A stretch of 64,000 bases of DNA from Selaginella moellendorffii (taxonomy: Eukaryota > Plantae > Lycopodiophyta): assembly GCF_000143415.4 (NCBI RefSeq), contig NW_003314265.1:2242785-2306784 (forward strand), in the 5' to 3' direction. The notes beneath the pieces are model-generated. The model saw only the letters and a list, made by a program, of their open reading frames with translations. It had not been told where the DNA came from and ran no database searches. The position numbers and the translations under genes are program-made. This document shows, in pieces, positions 25,063 through 37,520 of this stretch; positions within the stretch are counted from its first letter, which is position 1, and every line of letters begins with the position of its first letter.

Positions 25063-26592
25063 CTAAGTTGTGACCAAGTCTGGAATTTCAGACTCCACCG
25101 CTAACAACGTCGAGTGGACCTTTAGCAACCAATTGTCGAGTCGATCACGCAACGCTGCAATCTGCGGGATTCCCAGAACTCTCGGTTGGACCCACGAGAT
25201 TCGGACGGTTCCATCCACCTGATCGATGATGCCTTCGATGAGATGGACCTGCGAGCGAGAAAAGAGAGTGAATGAATCCGCGATCATCGGCCATGATTCT
25301 AATGCTAGAAACTAATGCTAGACAGTACCGATAGGCTCTTGATCAAGAGATGCTCCACCTCTTCCAGCGGTAGAGTCGTTCGCTCGGCGATGAGCGCCAG
25401 AGGGATGGTCCTCTCGTCGGAGGGGCGGCTGCGAGAGAAAGAAAATGTGGTTGTTTTTACTGTGAGAAGCTTTGCTCTTACCTGAAGATGATTTCCATCA
25501 GGCACAGTATGTTGATCTTCTCCCACAGCTTCTTCTTGTTCTCCACGAGGGACGGTTGCGCGGACAGAGCGTCTGCCCATCTCTCGCAGAGTACTTGGTA
25601 CTTTGCCAAATCGCCAGTGTTGAACGCCATCAGAATGTGGTACAGCCACTCCACAGAGGAGCCTTGAAGGCTGTTTACCTGAGATAGAAGAACAAAAACC
25701 TCTCAGTACACGAGGAAAAAAGACGAGAAAGAAACACCAGCTGCTTACTATAGGATGCGCAAGAAGTTCTCCAAAGTTGTAAATGTTATCTCCTAGGAGC
25801 GCTGCCAAGGACAAGTCGAAAGCCAGGTCCTACATACAGACACAACCATAGCGAAAGAGCTTTAGCCCAGAATCAAGCAACAAAAAAAAAAGACAGAAAG
25901 AAAAAGTGGAGGGAATCTTACCAGCTTGAAGGAATCCGACAGGCTCTCCACTGACGTGTAAGCCAAGTAGAGAAGAGCGCTTCGATAGAAGCTAGTAAAC
26001 TCTTGCTTGGACTTGTGGTACTGTGAAGACACCCAATGGACGCTGGCGTGCACCGATGGATCAACATCGGTCATGCTCTCGAGCGTGCTCTTGCCCTCAT
26101 CCAGCAGCACCTTGCATTCCTTTAGCTCCCCCTTCTGGAGCTTCAATGCGGCTATTTGCATCTTCACGTACAGCACGGGCTCCTCCACACGCCTGTCACC
26201 AGTCGCCCGGAGCTTGCCAATCACGCCCTCCAAGTAGGAGATCGCTACCTCCTTCTCCTCGTAGTGCTGCGACACGATCACCGCGAAGTGAGCGAGCTTG
26301 AGGTGATTGATCTTGGACTCGAAGTCCGTGATGAATTCGTGGTAGAGATTGATCATGTCATTGCCATCCTGCAAGCAACCCACCATAATATCACCAGATT
26401 TTCACCAAAATCTCGGGAGAGGGAGCGAGAGGGCGAGAGATTGCCTACCCGGAGGTGCTGGAAGAATTTCTCGAGCTTGAGCGTGAGCTGATGCCAGAGC
26501 TTGTGCCGGTATAGATGCGCCAGATCATTGTACCACTCGGCAAGATCCGGCTCCAATCGGCTCTGCTGCTCCAGGTACGTGACGGCCGCCAT
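25063..26592 (-). CDS. RPN9: 26S proteasome lid subunit RPN9 (PSMD13), multi-exon
   Basis: LYRHKLWHQLT, LYHEFITDFESKINHLKLAH, LAALLGDNIYNFGELLAHPI and VHLIEGIIDQVDGTVRISWVQPRVL. Confidence 0.95.
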
Positions 26593-26617
26593 CGCCACGC
26601 AGCGCCACGAGCGCCAA

Positions 26618-26625
26618 AAACCCTA
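26618..26625. promoter_or_regulatory. Telo-box (AAACCCTA) in the 221-bp divergent RPN9/GCP3 spacer
   Basis: Exact motif near the RPN9 start codon. Confidence 0.4.
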
Positions 26626-26813
26626 GCGCCACGAATGCTCCCTCGCGAAAGAGAAAGAACTAAAATTTTAGGGCAGACGTCGGGGTTTCGAATCCCCAGC
26701 AGCTTAAAACTCCAGAGCATGGTTTCGATTCCCAGCAGGATAACGTAAAGAAGCGGGAATGTAGCACAGCTTGGGTTCTAGGGCTAGGGCGAAGCTCTTT
26801 TCGTCTCTGGGCG

Positions 26814-29446
26814 ATGGAAGCCGGTGATGGTGTCGCGGGTCTCGTCAAGCAGCTCGTCCAGCGGATTTTCCCGGCGGCCAAGCAGCAGCAGCAGCAGCAG
26901 CGCGGCGATGGCGATCTGGACGCTGTGGCGGATCAAGCCTTCAGGTACGCGATGCGCATCGTGGGATCCCGCATTGTGTCGTCGCTGGCCAGCGACGAGG
27001 CAGCCATGGCCGAGTCTATCAAGCGGCAGCTGGTGATGGAGGGGCGCTCCTCGGACGCCCTCACGTTCGCGGATTTGCACCGCCGCCTGGCGGCACTGAG
27101 CGGCCCGGGCAGCATCGAGAACCGCTGGGCGATGCTCTATCTTCTCAGGGCCGTGGCGGAGGACCAGCGGCGGGAAAGAGCCGAGACGAGGGGCACGGCG
27201 GTGCCGTTCACGTCCACAATCTCCGCCCACGCTGCCGCTGGAGGGCTACCAGCATTGCCGGATTCCACGAACGAGAAGCTTGCAGCAGCACCTCAAAATG
27301 GTGGTGGTGGTGGCGGAGTGCTCGTTCTTGCCAGGGACTCGGACACCGTCAAGGCCACCGCTCTCCGAGAGTTTGGTGATCTTACACAGGAATCCTTTGA
27401 GCTCTCCGAGGCGGCGCTTGTCCGGGACGTTTTGTACGCTTGCCAGGGGATAGATGGCCGGTACGTAAGGTTTGACAAGGAGGCCGATGGATACATCGTG
27501 GACGAGAACTTGAGGATCCCAAGAGCGACGAGGGTGCTCGTCCGGCGGCTCTGCGAAGTTGGCTGGCTCTTCAAGCGCGTCCAGGGGCACATCTCCGAGA
27601 CGCTCGAGCAGGGTACTATGGAGGTGATTGGGACGGTCGGGCAAGCATTGAGCTCGGCGCTACAAGAGGAGCTATCCGAGTACTATCGACTGATGGCCGT
27701 GCTCGAGGCGCAACTCCACAACCAGATACCGTTCCTGGCCGTAGGAGAGACCGGGAAGAGCGTCGGGAACTATCTCTCGTTGCGGAGGCTGTGGGTATGG
27801 CTGGCCGAGCCTCTGGCACGAATGAGGTTGATGGCTGTGCTGGTTGACGATTGTAAGTGTTTGAGAGGGGGAGCCATGGCCGGAGCCATACACGCCCACG
27901 CTCAGCACGGTGACCCGCTGGTGAGGAGTTTCATGAGCCGGCTTCTGCGAAGAGTTTGCTCTCCGTTGTTCGAGATGGTGAGACGCTGGGTGCTGGAAGG
28001 CGAAGTGGACGACTTGTATGGAGAGTTTTTCATTCTGGCTCAACCGGTCAAGGCTGAGGCGCTGTGGAGGGAAGGATATAGCTTGCAAAGTGGAATGCTA
28101 CCGTCTTTCATTCCAGAGCCGCTTGCTCAGAGGATACTGAGAACGGGGAAGTCCATCAACTTTCTGCGGGTCTGCTGCGAAGACCAGCAGTGGGCGACGG
28201 AGGCCGCGGAGGCTCTGGCGGCTGCTGGAGCTTCTGCCAATGCGGGGAGCCTGGGATACGGAGAGACGGAAGTTCTCGAGACTCTGGTGGTCGAGGCAGC
28301 CGGAAGGATCGACCGTCACGTCATCAAGATCATATACGAGCGCTACAAGTTTCGAGACCACTGCTTGGCTATCAAGAGGTACCTTCTGCTGGGCCAAGGG
28401 GACTTCATTCAGTATCTGATGGATCTCGTCGGACCCGACCTCTCGCAGCCGGCAAACACCGTGAGCTCATTCAAGCTGGCGGGGCTTTTGGAGAGCGCCA
28501 TCCGAGCCTTGAATGCACAGTATGACGACACCGAAGTTCTCGACCGGCTGAGAGTAAAGATGATGCCTCACGGCGACGGAGACCGAGGCTGGGACGTTTT
28601 CTCTCTCGAGTACAACGCAAGGGACCCCCTGACGACCATCTTCACCGAGCAAGTCATGGGGAGCTACCTTCGCATCTTCAACTTCCTCTGGAGGCTCAAG
28701 CGAGTGGAGCACGCACTGAGCGCGACCTGGCAGACGATGAAACCGAATTGCTCGCTCGGGCGGCCGTGGACGAGCGTCGTGGACGGGGCCGTGAAGTCGC
28801 AGCTGGTTGCGGTGCTGCGGCGGTGCCAGACGCTCCGGACGGAGATGAACCACTTCGTCACGAACCTCCAGTACTACATCATGTTCGAGGTGCTCGAGTA
28901 CTCGTGGGCCAACTTTCTGGAAGAGATGGAGGAGGCCCACGACCTGGACGAGCTGATCGCCGCTCACGAGAAGTACTTGGGATCGATCATGGAGAAGGCG
29001 CTGCTCGGAGAGCGATCCCAGCTGCTGTCCAAGACGCTCTTCACGCTGTTTGATCTCATCCTGCGCTTCCGGGGCCTCGCGGATCGGCTGTACGAGAATG
29101 CTCGAGAGGTCCAGACCAGGTACGTGAAATACTTTTCTTCCTTCGCTGGTGCTCGAAGATGGAAGTTTTCTAAGTTCCTTTCCTGGCTTGTTTACTCAGG
29201 GGTAGAAACGCGACCAAGCAGCACACCACCGAGTTTTTTGCCACCATGGGCGAAGAGATGGTGGCGATTGCTGCCGAGTACTCGTCGCTGCTGGAAGGAT
29301 TTATCGCCCAGCTCCCCGTCCAGCAGCACGTTGATCTCAAGTTCTTGTCCTTCCGGCTGGATTTCTCCGAGTTCTATACACGGCAACACATGCACACGCC
29401 AAATGTCCGGCTCAAGATCAAAAGAACTGCCACTCCAAAGAGCTAA
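26814..29446 (+). CDS. GCP3: Gamma-tubulin complex component 3 (Spc98). Exons 26814-29119, 29200-29446
   Basis: LVRDVLYACQGIDG, AIKRYLLLGQGDF, GWDVFSLEY, MNHFVTNLQYYIMFEVLE and a C-terminal DLKFLSFRLDFSEFY reached after one in-frame intron. Confidence 0.95.
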
Positions 29447-29729
29447 GTTTCACTTCACTGTTTCTCTCTCTCTCCCTCTCTCTCTCCAGAGGACGAAGAA
29501 GAAGGAGAAGAACTTCTCGCTCGTTTGCTCTCTCGGCAAAAAGAAAGGAAAAAATCGGCCCGGCTTTTCTGGTTTTGTTCTTTTTGTAAACTAACAAGGA
29601 AATTGAATTCCCGCCGATTAGGGTTTTTTAAAATTAAACGGACTCGTTTGCCTTTGCCCTAAAAAGTCGAAGGGCGTGACTCCTCTTTGGAGGGGCAGCT
29701 GGAGCTTGATCGATGAGAGCGAATTAACG

Positions 29730-32604
29730 ATGGAGAATCCAACCAAGAGGCCGAGCTCCGCCGACAGCAGCACCAGGAGTAGCAGGATCGGCAGCGTCAG
29801 CGGCGGTGACAAGAAGGGAGAATCCAAGCCGGAGGCCTCGGCATCGGCATCGGGCTCAGCAGCAGTGCCAGCATCGCCAGTAGCAGTAGCATCGCCATTG
29901 GCGGCGTCGGCAACGCCAGCTCGAGGATCGCGATCGTCGTCCGTGAGGAAGTCGAGCATCTCTCTGCGCGGCGACAAGAATGTAAGGTTCTTGAACTGTC
30001 CTTTGTGCTCCAAGGTCTTCAAGCACGCGGTGGAGACCGGGTGTGGGCACGTATTCTGTGCGCGATGCCTCCAAAACAGCTTCACCAGATCCAAAGGGTG
30101 AGAGACTGTTACTTGATTTTTCTTCTACTTTGATCTCGTGAGAGATAGCTAGAATTTAGTTTGATGCTTGTCCCTTGTGAGCAGTATAGCTAGAACTTGT
30201 TTTTTGATAGCTTTTGTTTGCTAGAACTTTTTTTGCTGGTATTTTTGTTCTCCTGCTAGAACTTTGGTTGCTGATAGCTTTTGTTCTCCTGCTAGAACTC
30301 TATTTGCTGATATCTTTTGTTTTTTTCATAGGTCCTGCTAGACCTTGTTTTGCTGATAGCTTTTGTTTGTTCTTCCTTGCTGATTTTGTTCTTTTCTTTT
30401 CTTTCTTTTTTTTGTTTGACATTGCGCGTTTGCTCATTCTTGTGATGGCTGCTTTATCCAGATGCCCGACGTGTGACCGTCCAATCGAGTACGTGCATCC
30501 TTGTTTCTTGCTGAGGGAGCTAATTGTCAAGTATGGTGGGAAACGAGGAGCACGCATGCTTCAAACGGAATTCGCACCGTATCAAGACGACTGCGACATT
30601 CCGGACATCGATGATCCCATCATCATCGCTTCACAGTTTGTTGGAGCTGATCCTGGAGGTGAGTGCCACTTTGTCTGGTGGAAATTTTTATATTTGTTTT
30701 TGTGTTGTTGCTTCCTCCATCCTGCTGCTTATTAAATTACAGGGACGATTCCGGGAATGTGTTTTTGCAGGGACGTGTTCGTGCGTTACCGGCGGCATCT
30801 TTGATCCTTCGGACTTGTATTTTAGTGAGCACCTCCATGATTTTGTGAGCGTGGAGGAGTTTTTGGACACCGTTAAAACGATCAACGAGATTGTGGCACA
30901 GTGAGTCCGTTCTTCCCTTGGTTTTCGATCTCCTAATGACTAAGTCCTCTTGTGTGTCTTGCAGTGCAACGCCTGGGCGTGCACAAACCTGCATGAATCG
31001 TTACGTTTGCTTCTGCTTGTTTTATGCACATGCGTGAGTACTCTTCGGTGTAATGTCATTCCGATTGAAGTTGTGGTTTTTCGTTGCAGGAGGAACCTTA
31101 TCTGCTCAATCCAAAGTGCATTGGCGGACTGCAACGTGAGATATCCAGAGACTGGTTTGTGGTGGACGTTGATGCATCTCGACAGTGATGTTTATTCGGT
31201 AATCCCTTTGAACTTCTTGCTCACGAATACCTCACTTGCGATGAAGTTTTCTGAGCTCAGGCTGGTAATCTAGACAAGAAAATGTATTTGATGCTGCGAA
31301 TTGATCCAGTGAAAGCTCGCAACTATCAACACACGGTGGTAGGTGCGTGCCAGCCTTAGGGGACTTAAAAAATATTGCCTAAGGGGTTTTTGTGCTCCAG
31401 GAGGCTTGAAAGAGGGTGAATTGGCAAGGCTACGAAGAGAGAATGTCCTTTTGAGACATAAAATGCTTGAGATTGGTCAGACGACTTACCTCCGCGGCAT
31501 CACTGCAAGAAGGGAGAAGTTGAAAGCTCGTGGAAAGTGAGTTACTCGGTTTTCGTTCTTTGCCAGTATCTAAGTGACTTTCCTTGCTGGTTTCTCTCAG
31601 GTTCCCCCACAGCTTCTATGCAGAATATCCAGGTACCACGACACTCTATCTGCGCAAAACTAAAGTAAAGGAGCTAAGGAAGAAAGGCGAGAGCGACCAC
31701 TTGACTCTCCTCTAACATACGGCATGCAGATAGTTATGTGATCTCCCCGCGGACATTGAAGCAGCTCGTACAATTCAGACCAGGAAGATCCACCAGAGCG
31801 TATTTTTTGCCACCATGGGCAAGGTGCGTGCGGGAGAATAGCTTTTTCCATCTTTTCGCCTCGCCCACATTGCTTGCGTGTGCAGAGTGAGGTCAATGAG
31901 CAGTGGCTTGCTCCCTTTGAACAGAGAAGAAGACTACGTACTGAGCAAGCTGGGCTCGGGGACACTGTCCAGGTCCATGTCTCCGTATAGGCGGCCTTCT
32001 GACGCTTCAGCCGGAGGGAGAAGGAGCGAATCCGGGCCTTCAAACCGCGACTCTATATCATCAGCGGTAAAGAAGCGTCTTGTTTTTTGGTTTCTTTTTT
32101 CTCTTTTTTCTAGCGAATTGTTGACATCAAAACTTCTTGCAGGCTGGAAGATGACTGATCACCAGAGGCATTTGTTAGAAAAGGCCAGGATTTTTATTAC
32201 ACAGCTCTAGATGGACAAGGCTGCACAGCAGTAGCAGCAGTGACTGGACTGATGTAAGCGTGAGTTCATGCTTTGGTGACGTCGAGTTTTCTTTTCTTCC
32301 TTGCTGCAGGAGGTGGCTCTTAAAACATTCCGTAGAGTGTGTTCCCACTTCACAGTCTTCACTCCAATGGATTGTTTCCTCGTCTGTACAAACACAGCAG
32401 TGCACTGAGCCCCTCGTCGAGGCGCGTCGTCTTCGCTTCCCGCGGCCAGAGTTAAAGTTATTTGTCACTTTTTTTTGCTTTCCGCTGTTGGATCTCCAAG
32501 AGCAGCAGAGCGAGCTTTTGAGCACGCAGCGGCGGCACTTTTGTCTCCTTTCGATCACGAAGGGAGAAGTTATTGGCTCGCTTCATCACAGCCGAGGGAG
32601 ATGA
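29730..32604 (+). CDS. C3HC4 RING-finger protein, multi-exon; 3' structure uncertain
   Basis: CPLCSKVFKHAVETGCGHVFCARCL...CPTCDRP split by an intron at ~30098-30461; further short exons with GT/GC-AG sites. Confidence 0.7.
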
Positions 32605-32636
32605 CGATGACAAGCATGAGCGCGACTGCTCGCACT

Positions 32637-35290
32637 TCAACCAACTGGCGATCTCTTCACGAAACGACCCTGCATAGTAGAAACCGGAAACTTTTAAACT
32701 TGAAACCGGAACGAAAAGGCAGAACACCAGCCTTTAAGCCCAACACGAAAACGAACTCACGATCGGACATGACAACCCAACCATAACAAAAGCGGCCAGC
32801 TAAGATCAAACCAGAAACTAGACCAGCAAAACAAAGACGACAGAAAGGCAAGCAAACGTGATGGGCGGAAACGAACCTTGAGCCGAGGCCGCCTCTCGGC
32901 ATTTAGCTTGCGGACTTCATATCTGATCTTTTTGGAGAAGAGGCGAGTCCGACGCTTTTCGCGGTAGCGGGACACCCGTGCTTCGCGTCCTCCGCTTCCT
33001 GTGCTTGCTGCCATTGCTCCAGTCGCTGCTGCCGCCGCTTCTCCTCCTGGTGTTTCCGCATTTGGCCCGTCGTGGAGCTCCATGCGCGCCACCACAGGCA
33101 CTCGGCCTGCCTGTTCCACCGCGCACGGCCGTCCGCTTCGCCGGCTCCCCGCACTGCTCAAGTCTGGAACAACACCAACATCCGAGCTGCCCTGTTTCAA
33201 ATGCATCAAACAACCACACCATCAAATCCAGAGATCACAGACACGTAAAAGAAGTTCACATGAAAACTATTAAACACAAAGACCCGAACAAGCTGGAAAA
33301 ACGAGATAACCACATCGAACACTAAGATAAGCATAAACAATCACGAGCAAAGCATAGGAAGAAAAGGAGCTTCTAACGACGAGAAACTCAAGATCGAGGG
33401 AAAAAAGCTTTCCAGACGAGGAGAACAGGACAAACTTTCAACGACAGAAAAATCACGCCGTCAAATCGGAGGCTGCTGACAACAAGACACCATATCGCGA
33501 GCAATCCAGTAAAAATGTTTAAACGAGCTGACAAAGAATTGAATATGCAACAGCAAGGGAACGAGCAACTGAGCTACTGGCTACCAAACAAAAGCTCGGA
33601 CACTAAACAAAGGCAAACAAAGAAAAGAGGGAAAGGAAAGATTAAACAAATGAAGAGAGAAAGTTGAGACTTTCAATCAACGATAAAACAATTGTTCATG
33701 CGGGATTCGCTGCTAATGCCGAGGAAGAACAATTACTGGAAATCAAAAAAAAAAAAAAAAAAAAGAGCACCACTAAACCCTAAACCCAAGAAAGCGAGAA
33801 GGAAGAACACTTACTGCAGCGTCGGATGTCGAGTCCTCTGGCATCTGATGATTGATTCGCCCCGCCGCCGCTGCCGCCATCGCCGCGGAGCTGGAATCCG
33901 TGAGGAATGGCCGCCGATCCGACCACGCATTCAGCACGTCCTCGTAATCCAGGCGGAGGCAAATCCGGCGCTGCAAATGCTGGGCGTGCATCTGCTGGAG
34001 ATCGCGCTCATAGCAGCTCTCCCCGAGCTTGAGCCCTAAAATCTCGCCCAGGATGCCCTCCCGACATGGCTTGAGAAATTCCTCCTCCCCAAGCCCTTCA
34101 ATGTAGGGGTCGTGCTCCTCGGCCTTGACCCTCCCGCGGTGGAATCCACCCTCGCCATCGCTGCCGTCCATCCCCAGGTTGCCGAATTCCGGAATGCGCT
34201 GCTGCTTGCGCATCGCCTGGTTCTTCCGGATCGCAAAGTCGAAGCGCTGCTCGTCGTCATCGTCACCATCGTCGTCCACGAGCTCCTCCAGGGAATTGCT
34301 CCCTAGGCCCAGGAGGCCGTTGAGATCCTCGCACGTGGCGGCCGTGGGTGCCACGATCAAGCCTCGCCCTTGCTCGCCATGGTCGTGGCCCTCTCTCTTG
34401 TGTTCTTGGCGTTCTTGCGGATGGGAGTAATCGTCGTCCTCGGACAGGACGTGATCCGCGTTGAGGAAGCGATCGATGTCGCCGGCATCGTCGGATTCCT
34501 CGTCGCAATCTCCCAGATCCGTCGCGATTCCAGACGCTGGCGAGTGCGAATGCTGCTCCTTGTCCTCCTCGCTCGATCGATCCGGCTCCACTGGCTGGAC
34601 GAACACCGGCACCGTGTGCGCCAATTCCTCCTCGTGTTGATCTTCTCGCCGGCGATTCTCCCCTTCCTCGCGGCTGTTGCAGTTCTTGGAGCCCTCTGGC
34701 GATTGCGATGGACTGGACGACTCATTCTCACCGGTAACCTGGCGCTGCGACGTCGTCTCCTCGTCCAAAGGCTTGATCATCCTGTTGTTCTTGCAGATTG
34801 GGGAGGAGAAGGAGATATTTCGGCGCGGCCGCTTGTTCTTGCCGCAAGAATCCCACGAATCCTTCTCCTGCTCCTGGCAGGCATCCTCTTCTTTCTTGGA
34901 GGCGGCCGAGGAGTTCGTCTTCACGGGTTCCACGGCCTCCACTTGAAGGCTGACGCGCTCGTGGCGCAGCGAGAAAGCATTGGCCGAGTGCACGGATTGA
35001 TCGCAGGAGTGGCAGAGGTAGGCATCGTCGGCGGGACAGAACCAGAGCGCGCTCTTGGCCTTGCATGCGTCGCACAGATCGTCGCGCTTCTTCTTCCTGC
35101 GGATCGATCTTCCAGAGCTGGCTAGAGCGGCCATCTGCGGAGCTGGAGTTGCCTGCTGGAGCTGTGCCTGGTGATGGAGATGCAAGGACGAGGAGGAGGA
35201 CACCACCGAGGCGGTGCTGCTGTTGCTCCTCAGATCTTCCTCCTCGTCCGAGACCGCTGGAGGAAGCGACGTCGTCGCGCAGCGATTCAT
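32637..35290 (-). CDS. CONSTANS-like (single B-box + CCT, group III/COL16-like). Exons ~35290-33814, ~33191-32877, 32669-32637
   Basis: B-box [41 protein letters not shown]; [13 protein letters not shown] motif; [40 protein letters not shown]|GRFVKR. Confidence 0.92.
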
Positions 35291-37520
35291 CCTCGGTCGA
35301 TGGCCCCTAAAGGAAATTGTGTACGAAAGTATCAAGGAAGTGTGCTGGAGAGGAGACTACTTTAGCTTCTTCCGGATCATCGCTAGGCGCCAGCGGCTCA
35401 TGGTAAGATCTTCCTTTCTCTTCTCAACACCTCTCGGGACTTGACAAGCCCCTAGAGTTGGATCCCAATTGCTGCCCAGTGCGCTGGAGCAAGCTCGAAA
35501 GTTCCAAGCCTCTAGGAGCAGCAGTAGCATCAGCAGCAGCAGTAGCGTCGACAAATCTTGGAGCAAGTAGCTCCATTTCCAAAGCCAGATCAAAGAGGTA
35601 CCTCTCTATCCTTGGTTCTAGATCAAAATGCCAGGAAAAGGAGAGCTACTCTAGAATGAAGAATAAGAATGCCAGGGGCAAGGACAAGACAATCCCAATA
35701 TCTCTCTCTCTCTCTCGCTCTGTGAACTTCTCGCTTGATCTCGCTGGCTCGCTCTCTTCAGCTCCCCTCTCTCTCTCTGTCCCTCTCTCCCTGCAATGAA
35801 TTAAGTTCTCTCATCCTTCTGCTTTCGTTCTCCTGTCTTCATGCCCCTCCTTTCCTCTCCCTCTCTCTTCTGGGTCCTCTTTTTCCCATAAAGGAATTGC
35901 CAGGGCCATTGAGCTCGGCGCACATTCGTCGCATATGCCGCCATCCGACGGCCGCGATTGCGCTGCAGTCAATTTACAGGAATCGGCCCCAGTATACAAA
36001 TCAACGTTTTTCTTTTTCCAGGAATCGCCTGTAAGATCCATACAAGTGCTAACCTCTCATTCGTTTACAGAAGCGCAGGAAAATGCAGCCCGCTGCCCAA
36101 GGGCACTGAAGCTTGAAGGGAACCAAAATGATAAGATATTTGGTTTTCTTCCCCTTTTGTCTAATGGTTGTGTTGTACAGACTCAGTTCACTGAGATCTC
36201 ACCACCCTCTGCCCAATAAGTTCTTGAAACCTAAGTGTGTTTTCATTGCTCGCCACCTTTCTGGTGTATTATCGAGGCATCTGGTTCTCGTGGGGCCGGC
36301 CGACCACAACCAACAACGTGGCGTGGGACGGGACGGACTATAAGAAATGGGGAAATGGTGGTGGGTGTTTGAATGCAAAGGGCTTGGCTTTCATTTTCTG
36401 CCCGCCACCTTTTCTTCTTCCTACTTTTTCCCTCTCTCTGTGTTCTTTTCAAAGTTGCATTTTTCTGCATTGGAAAAAATTGGCTCGTTAGATGTCGCTG
36501 TTGGATGCCCTCTTCGTTCATCTGCTGTGTGGGCTTTGTGACGAGCAAAACAGTGCCCCCTGCATGCAAACGTCAAAACAAATGGATTTCATCAGTCCTG
36601 CTGCCGCTGCCGCTGCTGCTGCTGCTGCTGCGTTGATTGATGGATTCTTTGCTTTCTTGCTTGTTGCAGGTTGCTCTGTCTCTCGCCCTTACCTGATCAT
36701 CATCAGCTCGCGCCATTCCGCGCAAGTCAGGGTCAGGGGCTTTCAGAGAGACGGGCAAGACGAAATGAGAGAGCATTAAGTGGTGATCTCGACGCGGCCC
36801 ACAGTTTATTTGCAGCAGAGATGGGCTAATTTGCCACGAAACGGCATTTGCGGGATTGGCGTTGAAATTCTAGCGTGATCTCGACCCCACTCTGGTGAGT
36901 TGTTTAGCCCCATTCTTAGTTGTCTCCTCTCTGATGTATCAATCAAAGCTCACTCTCTCTTTCTTTCTCGCTCTCTCTGGGCGGAGACTGAGACGTCCCC
37001 CTCGCTGACAAAATGTCCCATTCCCCACCTAGGAATTCTTCCGTACGCCGCTCAAACCCTAGTTAAAAGTGAATGGAAAAATCTCCAGAACCTCATCCAT
37101 CCAGGGAAGGAAAAGTGGCCACCTTATCGCCCTCGGGCGCGCGCTTTCCTTCCGCCACGTGTGCCAATCGCATTGGAAGCCCGACGAACCCCTCTTATCC
37201 GTCGATCTGGCCAACGAAAAGTTCCTCCTGGAGTCACAGCCGTACGCCTCTAGAAAGTGTCCGTACAACCGGGAGATTAGGTTAAGCAGAAATAGTCGCC
37301 GGGTGCTTTTTTTTGTCGCGGGAATCGATCCGCGGATCTCCGCGCTGGGCAATGAGCTCTAGGGCTTCCTCGTCGCGACAGGAATGCGGGGGAGAACCGC
37401 GGCGGCCCGAGATCCAGGTGCGAGGATTTCGATTCGAGCTGCCGGGAGCGCGGCGGTGATGGCAGCTCTCTTTTCTGAGGTGCCAGGCGACCTCCTCTTC
37501 CGTTTTAGGGTTTTGAGGCC

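Noticed and set aside
29120-29594. 926-aa GCP3 ORF with an odd C-terminus (apparent frameshift)
   Set aside because: Read-through of an 80-nt GT-AG intron; the true C-terminus is in exon 29200-29446
35300-36900. Possible miRNA or small ORFs upstream of the COL gene
   Set aside because: Only CT- and GCT-rich simple sequence typical of 5' UTR or promoter; no convincing hairpin or known mature miRNA seen
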